NCBI RefSeq assembly: GCF_022701215.1
Contig: NZ_CP089976.1
Span: 1,830,001 to 1,862,000 of the forward strand
Direction of reading: 5' to 3'
Length of the DNA stretch: 32,000 bases
From: Moraxella nasovis
GTDB lineage: Bacteria; Pseudomonadota; Gammaproteobacteria; Pseudomonadales; Moraxellaceae
Part shown: piece after piece, positions 24,303 through 32,000 of the stretch
Position numbering within the stretch: the stretch's first letter is position 1
How the letters are laid out: each line of letters opens with the position of its first letter
Notes under the pieces: model-generated
What the model saw: only the letters and a program-made list of their open reading frames with translations
Database searches by the model: none
Told to the model about the DNA's origin: nothing
Made by a program: the position numbers and the translations under genes

Positions 24303-27300
24303 ATGCTAAATTATAAAAATACCACCATACTGGCTAAAGATCGCTATTTTTTAAGTCGGTTGGCAAAAGAGCTAAAAGGCGACTTGCCAGCTCAATTAAA
24401 AGCCAAAAAGCAAGCCAAATACGATCAAGTGCTATCGCATTCTCAAAGCATCGCCCAAAAACGAAAACAAAGCATTCCTACTCATGTGCGTGATACGCTA
24501 AATGCCGAATTGCCAGTGGTAGCCCAAGCTGATAAGATTATCAAGGCAATCCAAGACCATCAGGTGATTATCGTGGCAGGCGAGACAGGCTCTGGTAAAA
24601 CCACGCAGCTACCTAAGCTTGCTATGCTTGCTGGTCGTGGCATTACAGGGCAGATAGGGCATACGCAGCCTAGACGACTTGCTGCTCGCTCTGTCGCCAC
24701 TCGTATCGCTGATGAGCTTGGTGAGAAGCTTGGCGAAACGGTGAGCTTTAAGGTGCGTTTCACCGAAGAAGGGGGCAGTCACTCTATCATTAAGCTGATG
24801 ACAGATGGCATATTACTTGCGGAGATGGCACATGATAAATTCTTAAGTCGATATGATACCATCATTATTGATGAAGCCCATGAACGCAGCTTAAATATTG
24901 ATTTTATCTTAGGCTACCTAAAACGCCTATTGCCAAAACGCCCTGATTTAAAAGTTATTATTACGTCCGCCACCCTTGATACGGCACGCTTTGCCAAATA
25001 TTTTGGACAAAGTGAGATGACCCCTATCATTAGTGTAGAGGGTCGCAGTTATCCTGTTGAGGTTCGTTATCGACCGATTAGCGAACAGATTATCCAAAGC
25101 CATGATGACGATGCGTTTAACGAAGCAGAAGATAATTTACCTTATGCCTTAGTAAGTGCGGTTAATGAATGCTTTAGCGATGCACATGCTAAAGGTAGAC
25201 CGCACCAGTCGGATATTTTGGTTTTTGCCAGTACAGAGGCACAAATTAGAGAACTTCAAGATATTCTCACCAGCCACAACTTACCGCATACCGAAGTTTT
25301 ACCACTATTTGCTCGCCAAAGTTACAGCGAGCAACAAAAGATTTTTAGCCCAAGTGGTAAGGGCCGCCGAATTATTATTGCCACTAACGTCGCTGAGACG
25401 GCATTAACTGTACCAAATATCTATTATGTGATTGATTTGGGTTTTGCTCGTATTAGTCGATACAGTTATCGTTCACGCATCCAAAGGCTACCGATTGAAG
25501 CGATTAGCCAAGCATCTGCCAACCAGCGTAAAGGTCGGTGTGGACGCTTGGGCGATGGCTTATGCATTCGCTTGTATTCCAAGGAAGACTTTGAGATGCG
25601 TCCTGAATTTACCGAGCCTGAGATTTTACGCACCAATTTGGCAAGTGTTATTTTACAAATGGAAAACTTAGGGCTTGGTGATGTCGCTGAATTTGATTTT
25701 ATTACACCGCCTGACTTTCGCTTAATTAATGATGGTAAAAAACTACTTCACGAGCTGGGGGCGATTAGTGAGAAACCCACCAAGACTGCTCATAAAAAAC
25801 GCCGTATCAGCTCAAGCAGTCTGACCGCTATTGGCAAGAAAATGGCAAAAATGCCTATTGATCCACGCTTAGCTAGAATGCTAATTGCAGGCGATGAGTT
25901 TGCTTGTCTATCTGATATGCTTGTGGTGGTGTCTGCTTTAGCGGTGCAAGATGTTCGAGAAAGACCTAACGATAAGCAGACCCAAGCCGACCAAAAGCAT
26001 GCTTTGTTTAAAAAGGACAATTCAGACTTTTTATTTTATATAGAGCTATACGATGTGCTGTTTAATCAGCATGAAATGCATCAAGGCGAGAGACTGACAG
26101 GCAATGGACGTAAAAGTTTTGCAAAAAAACATTATTTAAGCTTTGCTCGCATTAAAGAATGGCAAAAAACACATGAACAATTAAGCCAAATGATGGCAGA
26201 GTTGGGTTTTGTGATTGAAAAATCCACTCAAAATCAGACTGTCGCAACCATTGAAGACTCACCAAAAAGCGTGAAGCATCCAAAAAATCAAAAGCTGAAT
26301 AAGACTGCCCAAAAACCGCTTAGCGAGAATGAACAGCAGGCGATACATTATGCCAACTTGCACCGTGCGTTATTAACCGCACTGCTGTCTTTTGTCGCCC
26401 AAAAGACAGACGTTAGGGGCGAGTATATGATGGCTCGCAACCAAAAAGCACGCATTTTCCCAGCAAGTACTATGTACAGACAAGGTGCAGATTGGGTGAT
26501 GGCGTTTGAGGTGGTAGAGACATCACAAGTATATTTACGCTGCGTGGCAAAAATTGAACCATCATGGGTGATTGACGCTGCAAAAGGACTACTAAAGTAT
26601 CATTATTTTGAGCCGCATTGGTCTAAAAAAGCAGGGCGTGTGAAGGCGTATATGCAGGTGAGCTTATTTGGCTTAATTTTAGTGCATAAAGAGCTGGTTA
26701 ATTATGAAAATATTGACCTTTTTGCCAGTCGTGAAATCTTTATCCGTGATGGTTTGGTGGCGAACAATTACCCAAAACCGCTGAAGTTTTTGACGCATAA
26801 TGAAAATAAGCTACAAACTGTCTTAAAGACAGAAGATAAGCTGCGTCGCCGTGATTTATTGGTGGATGAAGAAAGACTGTATCAGTTTTATGACACCAAA
26901 ATTGATTCATCAGTTGCCAATGCTAAGTCGCTAGAAGACTGGCTTGGTAAGATGGCAGATGATGAGTTTTTATATTTTAGCGATGAAGATGTACTAAATG
27001 AGTCGGCTAGTGTCGGTAACCAATTCCCTGAACATTGGCAGATCGGTGCTTTAAAACTACCACTGTCTTATGTCTTTGACCCAAGTTCATCCGATGATGG
27101 CGTGAGTGTGCGTGTGCCTGTTAGTGCCTTATCGCAGCTTGATGGCGTGGATTTATTATGGGGAATTGCAGGGTGGCGACAGGCGTTGGTAACAGCGTTA
27201 TTAAAGACGCTACCTAAAGACATTCGCCGAAAAATCGTACCGATACCTGATACAGCGAGCCAAATTTTTGATGATTTGGACAAGGGCAAAACCGCAGGCT

Positions 27301-28457
27301 TGCTAGATCAACTTTGCCAAAGTCTATTAAAATTAGGGGTGGCGGTATCGCCCAATCAGTTTGATGTAAGTGCGATTGATGAGTATTTAAAACCACTCAT
27401 CTGTGTACTAGATGATAAAAATCGTGTGCTGGATAAAGGGCGGGATTTAACAAAACTCCAAGCCAAATATAAAAGTAAGGTTAAGGCTGTGGCGGGGGTG
27501 AAAACAGGGGTACACGATAACTTTCCTGAGCATTTTATCTTTGTTAAAAATAAGCACACCGCAGGCGTGATAATGCAGCAGTTTTGTGCGTTATCGCCGA
27601 TTGAGGATAATGGTAAGTTAAGTGATGGCGTGGCAATTTTTGAGCTAAGTGATCTGCCTAAGGCAATAGCTATGCATAAAAAAGGCGTGCTAACTTTAAT
27701 TAAGGGCAATCTAGGTGCTAAGCAAAAGCAGCTTGCCAGCCAAATTGATAAAGCATTTAAACTTGCTTTTGCTCCTTTGGGAGACTTAGATAAACTAAAA
27801 AATATCGTGGTTGACGCTACCTTGCAAGCGACTTTAGATGTGCATGGTGTAAACTTCGCTAAAGATATGGCATTGTCTCAGACACACACACGGCAGGTTT
27901 TAGACGATTTGCCAAACAACCTAACACCAAGCCAAAACGCCTTATTGGATAAGTTGCCACTTACCAATGATGAGTTTAAGCTGACAAATGAGATGGTTTT
28001 GACAAACTTTCTGCTGATGGGTCAATCAGTGCTAAAAGCCCTAAAACACATCTACACCACTTGGCAGACGGTGCGTGGACAGATGCTTATGCTTGATCGT
28101 GATATTTTTGGCGAAAGTATTGAAGACATCGAAGATCAGCTTGATGATTTATCGCTTGCCGATTTTATTTATCGTCATGATTATGATCGATGGGTGCAGT
28201 ATGGTCGCTATCTAGACGCCTTAAAAGTGCGACTAGACAGACTGCCACACAACCTAGAAACCGACCTAGATGGTATTTATGCTCTTGATGAACATATGGA
28301 AAGGCTTGCTCAAGTTGTGCATGATGTTCGATTTGCTGAATATCGCTGGCTTGTTGAAGAGTATCGTATCAATCTATTTGCTCAGCCCATGAAAACCGCT
28401 GTGCCTGTATCACCAAAACGGCTACAAAAGGCTTGGGATAAAGCTACCACATGTTAA
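24303..28457 (+). CDS. hrpA: ATP-dependent RNA helicase HrpA (DEAH-box)
   Basis: 1384 aa. GETGSGKTTQLPK (motif I), IIIDEAHERS (DEAH), TSATLD, TNVAETALTVP and QRKGRCGR (motif VI), plus a long HrpA-type C-terminal region. Confidence 0.95.
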   Translation: MLNYKNTTILAKDRYFLSRLAKELKGDLPAQLKAKKQAKYDQVLSHSQSIAQKRKQSIPTHVRDTLNAELPVVAQADKIIKAIQDHQVIIVAGETGSGKTTQLPKLAMLAGRGITGQIGHTQPRRLAARSVATRIADELGEKLGETVSFKVRFTEEGGSHSIIKLMTDGILLAEMAHDKFLSRYDTIIIDEAHERSLNIDFILGYLKRLLPKRPDLKVIITSATLDTARFAKYFGQSEMTPIISVEGRSYPVEVRYRPISEQIIQSHDDDAFNEAEDNLPYALVSAVNECFSDAHAKGRPHQSDILVFASTEAQIRELQDILTSHNLPHTEVLPLFARQSYSEQQKIFSPSGKGRRIIIATNVAETALTVPNIYYVIDLGFARISRYSYRSRIQRLPIEAISQASANQRKGRCGRLGDGLCIRLYSKEDFEMRPEFTEPEILRTNLASVILQMENLGLGDVAEFDFITPPDFRLINDGKKLLHELGAISEKPTKTAHKKRRISSSSLTAIGKKMAKMPIDPRLARMLIAGDEFACLSDMLVVVSALAVQDVRERPNDKQTQADQKHALFKKDNSDFLFYIELYDVLFNQHEMHQGERLTGNGRKSFAKKHYLSFARIKEWQKTHEQLSQMMAELGFVIEKSTQNQTVATIEDSPKSVKHPKNQKLNKTAQKPLSENEQQAIHYANLHRALLTALLSFVAQKTDVRGEYMMARNQKARIFPASTMYRQGADWVMAFEVVETSQVYLRCVAKIEPSWVIDAAKGLLKYHYFEPHWSKKAGRVKAYMQVSLFGLILVHKELVNYENIDLFASREIFIRDGLVANNYPKPLKFLTHNENKLQTVLKTEDKLRRRDLLVDEERLYQFYDTKIDSSVANAKSLEDWLGKMADDEFLYFSDEDVLNESASVGNQFPEHWQIGALKLPLSYVFDPSSSDDGVSVRVPVSALSQLDGVDLLWGIAGWRQALVTALLKTLPKDIRRKIVPIPDTASQIFDDLDKGKTAGLLDQLCQSLLKLGVAVSPNQFDVSAIDEYLKPLICVLDDKNRVLDKGRDLTKLQAKYKSKVKAVAGVKTGVHDNFPEHFIFVKNKHTAGVIMQQFCALSPIEDNGKLSDGVAIFELSDLPKAIAMHKKGVLTLIKGNLGAKQKQLASQIDKAFKLAFAPLGDLDKLKNIVVDATLQATLDVHGVNFAKDMALSQTHTRQVLDDLPNNLTPSQNALLDKLPLTNDEFKLTNEMVLTNFLLMGQSVLKALKHIYTTWQTVRGQMLMLDRDIFGESIEDIEDQLDDLSLADFIYRHDYDRWVQYGRYLDALKVRLDRLPHNLETDLDGIYALDEHMERLAQVVHDVRFAEYRWLVEEYRINLFAQPMKTAVPVSPKRLQKAWDKATTC

Positions 28458-28470
28458 ACTTAAAGCTTTA

Positions 28471-28500
28471 AGCGTGATATAAAATCAGCTGTATCACGCT
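28471..28500. terminator. Hairpin between the convergent hrpA and nitroreductase genes
   Basis: A 9-bp perfect stem agcgtgata (28471-28479) / tatcacgct (28492-28500) with a 12-nt loop. The T-run is weak, so terminator function is tentative. Confidence 0.45.
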
Positions 28501-28573
28501 TTGAGTACACGTTTTGAGTGGTTTATTAAGTTTATATTATGGCTACGCCACCTAAATAGCAAAATAGATTGCC

Positions 28574-29296
28574 TTATACTTTATGATAAACCTCATCAAA
28601 AGGCACACGATAGCGTTCGCCCCATACGCCTTTTTCGCTTCTAATACCGCATGAGATTACCATATTTACTTCACTGTCTTTGGGTAGGCGTAGTAGCGTC
28701 TTAATCATCTCACCATCAAACCCCTCCATAGGGCAAGTATCAAGCCCCTGTTCGCTCATCGCTAGCATAAATGTCTGAGCCACAAGACCGCAGCTTTTAT
28801 GCATAACAATTTTGATGTCATTGGTTGAGACATCAGCTTGAATGGGGCGAAATTTTTGAATACCACAGGCTAAGGTTTTTCGTGCCGTGCTGATTAAAGG
28901 TACGTTTTGGGCATATAGTAGCGGCATTAGACGGTTATAATAGTGGTCAAACTTCTTTATGCGAGCGGCAACTTTCTCGGCTGGACTGTATGATTTGATG
29001 TTTTGTTTTTCAAACTCAAAGACCATCTGAGCGTGCTTGCGGTGTAAATCAGGACGAATCACAAAAACCACCATTTCTTGGGCGGTGGTTGCAGCACTTT
29101 GGGATAAGCAGGCTTTCGCCAGTGTGGCAAGTGTCGCCTTATTGGTAATGTGATAAAACTCATATAACTGCATATTAGAGCTTGTAGGGGCAAGCGTGGC
29201 AAGACGTAAGCAGTCGGTTACGATGTCACTATCAATGGGGGTGGGTAGATAATCACGCACAGCACGGCGATGATGAAGTAAGTCAGCTAAGCTCAC
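28574..29296 (-). CDS. Nitroreductase-family protein
   Basis: 240 aa. LLHHRRAVRDYLPTPI...APTSSNMQLYEF matches the nitroreductase N-terminal FMN-binding pattern (RRS.R.F..P......L..A...APS..N.QPW.F). Confidence 0.75.
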   Translation of the reverse strand: MSLADLLHHRRAVRDYLPTPIDSDIVTDCLRLATLAPTSSNMQLYEFYHITNKATLATLAKACLSQSAATTAQEMVVFVIRPDLHRKHAQMVFEFEKQNIKSYSPAEKVAARIKKFDHYYNRLMPLLYAQNVPLISTARKTLACGIQKFRPIQADVSTNDIKIVMHKSCGLVAQTFMLAMSEQGLDTCPMEGFDGEMIKTLLRLPKDSEVNMVISCGIRSEKGVWGERYRVPFDEVYHKV

Positions 29297-29481
29297 ATGG
29301 TTCTCCTATGTTGAATGGTGCGATTATAGCAAAGATTTTTTATAATGTATGCTAAGCTTATAAAGCTTTTTGTATTTGCAATAAAAAAATAAGAAAAAAT
29401 TGCACGTTTTTTAAGAAAACAATGTAAGTTCTGTCGTTATGTTATTAGATAAGTTTTTAACCAAAAAAAACTCAATCATTT

Positions 29482-29530
29482 AACCACTTAATCACTTAAG
29501 TTTATTTCAACTTAAGTGATTAAGTTGGTT
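29482..29530. repeat. Long near-perfect inverted repeat (21/22-nt arms, 6-nt loop)
   Basis: aaccacttaatcacttaagtt (29482-29502), tatttc, aacttaagtgattaagttggtt (29509-29530). There is one extra T in the right arm. It lies in the 357-bp A/T-rich intergenic region upstream of the nitroreductase gene. Confidence 0.8.
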
Positions 29531-29610
29531 GAGTAGTCATTTTTAATGCAAAAACAAAATATTATCAGTGATTTTTATTAAAAACGTTATAACGATTAAT
29601 ACACAATACT

Positions 29611-29638
29611 AAAAAGCAGCCCAATTAGGCTGCTTTTT
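29611..29638 (-). terminator. Rho-independent (bidirectional) terminator after oppF
   Basis: A5, stem agcagcc (29615-29621), loop caatta, stem ggctgct (29628-29634), T-run to 29638. It lies 16 nt downstream of the oppF stop on the minus strand. Confidence 0.8.
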
Positions 29639-29653
29639 AGTACCATAAGTCGG

Positions 29654-30643
29654 TTAAGTTTGTGGCTGTCGCTTTAGACAAGCTACTTGATGGTTGATTG
29701 AACCTTGTAAAGTAGGCTTGGTTTGGGCACATTCATCAGAAACGATAGGACAGCGTGTGCGAAATACACAACCAGACGGCGGATTAATAGGGCTTGGTAA
29801 ATCACCTGGTAACAGCTGAATGACTTTATTGTGCTCAACTTCAGGGTCAGGCACAGGTACAGCACTCATTAAAGCTTCGGTATAAGGGTGCGTTGGGTGG
29901 GAGTACACAGCTTTATCTGTTCCGACTTCTACAGCATTGCCTAGATACATCACAAGCACACGGTCTGAAATGTGTTTAACCACTGATAAATCGTGAGCGA
30001 TAAAAATCAGTGCAAGCCCCATTTCTTGTTGTACATCTTTTAGTAGGTTAATCACCTGTGCTTGGATAGATACGTCAAGTGCAGATACAGGCTCATCACA
30101 GATAATCAGCTTAGGCTTTAAGATTAAAGCACGAGCAATACCGATACGCTGACATTGACCGCCAGAAAATTCATGCGGATAGCGGTTTACTAAGTTTGGC
30201 AGCAGTCCCACTTTTTTCATCATGGCACGCACTTGTGATTCCACTTCAGCCTTAGCCATGCTGGGGTAGTATGTGCGTAAAGGTTCGGCGATAATATCAC
30301 CAATTGTCATGCGTGGATTAAGGCTGGCTAGCGGGTCTTGAAAGATCATCTGAATGTCTTTTCTGGCTTCTCGTAAGGATTTCTTATCCATATTGACAAG
30401 CTCTTTACCGTCAAATAAGATGCTGCCTGATTGTGCCTTAACCAGCCCGATGATGGTGCGTGCTAGAGTGGATTTACCACAGCCAGACTCACCAACCACG
30501 CCTAATGTTTCGCCAGCATTTAGAATAAAAGACACGCCATTAACGGCTTTTAGGGTTGCAGGTTTTTGCCAAAAAAACCCACCTTTTACAGGAATGTCGA
30601 AGACGGTTTTGACATCATGAACTTGTAATAAAGGGCTGGTCAT
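29654..30643 (-). CDS. oppF: Oligopeptide ABC transporter ATP-binding protein OppF
   Basis: 329 aa. Long blocks are near-identical to E. coli OppF: [95 protein letters not shown] and [18 protein letters not shown]. Confidence 0.95.
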   Translation of the reverse strand: MTSPLLQVHDVKTVFDIPVKGGFFWQKPATLKAVNGVSFILNAGETLGVVGESGCGKSTLARTIIGLVKAQSGSILFDGKELVNMDKKSLREARKDIQMIFQDPLASLNPRMTIGDIIAEPLRTYYPSMAKAEVESQVRAMMKKVGLLPNLVNRYPHEFSGGQCQRIGIARALILKPKLIICDEPVSALDVSIQAQVINLLKDVQQEMGLALIFIAHDLSVVKHISDRVLVMYLGNAVEVGTDKAVYSHPTHPYTEALMSAVPVPDPEVEHNKVIQLLPGDLPSPINPPSGCVFRTRCPIVSDECAQTKPTLQGSINHQVACLKRQPQT

Positions 30644-31644
30644 ACTCGAATCTCCTTGATAGCTGTTTCAGATGCCAAAATGTCGCTCGGTTTCCAATAA
30701 CAGGCACGTTGACGTTCGTTTGGTAGAAACTCAAGCGGTGGCGGACTTGTGTGGCAGATATCCATAGCATGCTCACAGCGAGGTGCAAAAGGGCAACCTT
30801 TTGGTAGATTTAGCAGGTTTGGCGGGTTGCCAGCGATGGTTGATAGTCTTTCTGATTCGCCATCAAGTCGTGGAATAGCACCAAGTAGTCCAATGGTATA
30901 AGGGTGGCTTGGTCTATAAAAGATTTCATCTGTCTTACCATAAGCCATCGTGCGTCCTGCATACATTACAAGCACTCGATCACAAGTGCCTGCTACTACG
31001 CCAAGATCATGCGTAATCATGATGATGGTGGTGTCAAAATCACGCTTAAGATCATTTAACAAAGCCATAATCTGTGCTTGGACGGTAACGTCAAGAGCGG
31101 TGGTCGGCTCATCAGCGATGAGCAGCTTAGGACGACATAGTAGTGCCATAGCAATCATCACACGCTGACGCATACCACCAGAAAACTCATGCGGATACAT
31201 ACCGATTCGCTTTGCTGCTTCTGGAATTTTCACAGCGTCTAGCATATGAATGGCTTCTTGCCACGCTTGAGCTTTACTCATGCCTTTATGCAAGATTAGC
31301 ACTTCAGCAAGCTGGTCACCTACTTTCATATAAGGGTTTAGACTTGTCATCGGGTCTTGAAAGATGATGGCGATGTCATTGGCACGAATTTTATTTAATT
31401 CACGCTCATGCATGCCGACAAGTTCGGTGCCATTAAATAAAACTGAACCTGATGTTTTACCATTTTTAGCAAGCAATCCCATCATGGCAAAGGCAGTTTG
31501 TGATTTGCCAGAGCCTGATTCACCAACGATGCCTAAAGTTTCGCCTTTATGCAAGTTGAAATTTAGCCCGTTAACAGCAGTTACGATACCGTCTTCTGTG
31601 GAAAATTGTACTTTTAAATCTTTGACTTGCAATAAATCATTCAT
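30640..31644 (-). CDS. oppD: Oligopeptide ABC transporter ATP-binding protein OppD
   Basis: 334 aa. [98 protein letters not shown] and GNPPNLL.LPKGCPF.PRC resemble E. coli OppD. It overlaps oppF by 4 nt. Confidence 0.95.
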   Translation of the reverse strand: MNDLLQVKDLKVQFSTEDGIVTAVNGLNFNLHKGETLGIVGESGSGKSQTAFAMMGLLAKNGKTSGSVLFNGTELVGMHERELNKIRANDIAIIFQDPMTSLNPYMKVGDQLAEVLILHKGMSKAQAWQEAIHMLDAVKIPEAAKRIGMYPHEFSGGMRQRVMIAMALLCRPKLLIADEPTTALDVTVQAQIMALLNDLKRDFDTTIIMITHDLGVVAGTCDRVLVMYAGRTMAYGKTDEIFYRPSHPYTIGLLGAIPRLDGESERLSTIAGNPPNLLNLPKGCPFAPRCEHAMDICHTSPPPLEFLPNERQRACYWKPSDILASETAIKEIRV

Positions 31645-31672
31645 AATTAATCCTTAAATTAGCTATCCTTGC

Positions 31673-32000
31673 TTAGCGGTCTTTAGGGTCAAGTGCGTCA
31701 CGCAGACCATCGCCTAGGAAGTTAAAACAAAACAGCGTTACCACCAAAAATACCGATGGAATTAGCAGCTGCCAAGGGGCGATTTGCATGGTTTTAGAAC
31801 CATCTTGTAATAACGCACCCCAACTGGTCATCGGTTCTTGAACACCCAGACCTAAGAATGACAAAAAGGATTCAAATAAAATCATACTTGGAACAAGCAG
31901 TGAAGCATATACCACAACCACGCCTAAGACGTTTGGTACAATATGACGCATAACGATAGCAAAGCCTGATACACCACCTACTTGAGCGGCTTCGATGAAT
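31673..32000 (-). CDS. oppC: Oligopeptide ABC transporter permease OppC (C-terminal part; continues beyond the window end)
   Basis: The frame is open from the stop (31673-31675) to the window edge. My upstream translation is ...FIEAAQVGGVSGFAIVMRHIVPNVLG... (EAA loop motif of ABC permeases), followed by C-terminal TM segments ending DALDPKDR. Confidence 0.88.
   Translation of the reverse strand, partial: FIEAAQVGGVSGFAIVMRHIVPNVLGVVVVYASLLVPSMILFESFLSFLGLGVQEPMTSWGALLQDGSKTMQIAPWQLLIPSVFLVVTLFCFNFLGDGLRDALDPKDR

Overview
Chromosomal segment from an AT-rich gammaproteobacterium. It looks Moraxellaceae-like from protein similarity, which is an inference. Housekeeping genes flank a complete type I-F CRISPR-Cas island at about 2.68-14.5 kb. 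The left flank carries a cysB-like regulator and ampG. The right flank carries an alpha/beta hydrolase, zapE, a ydjA-like gene, gpsA, sixA, SRP RNA (ffs), rpiA, a CopZ-like gene, a PLD lipoprotein, argD, yacG, a flavodoxin-like gene, hrpA, a nitroreductase and oppFDC. The island contains cas1, cas2-3, cas8f/csy1, cas5f/csy2, cas7f/csy3, cas6f, a leader, and an array of 40 repeats and 39 spacers. Main findings: (1) A reverse-oriented, degenerate two-repeat mini-CRISPR lies in the 159-bp gap between cas2-3 and cas8f. Its 20-nt pseudo-spacer matches a site about 65 bp away that has a CC PAM and covers a perfect TATAAT box upstream of cas8f. Within the first 17 positions the only mismatches are at 6 and 12, which Cascade does not base-pair. 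This fits a CreR/CreA-like self-regulatory crRNA. (2) cas2-3 is split into three ORFs by two +1 frameshifts in homopolymer tracts, although all its catalytic motifs are intact. (3) The array has alternating blocks of repeat variants, one duplicated repeat-spacer unit, and degenerate repeat remnants about 565 bp past its end. The intervening DNA carries a truncated minus-strand two-ORF module. All calls come from reading the sequence by eye and from remembered family motifs. No database search was run.
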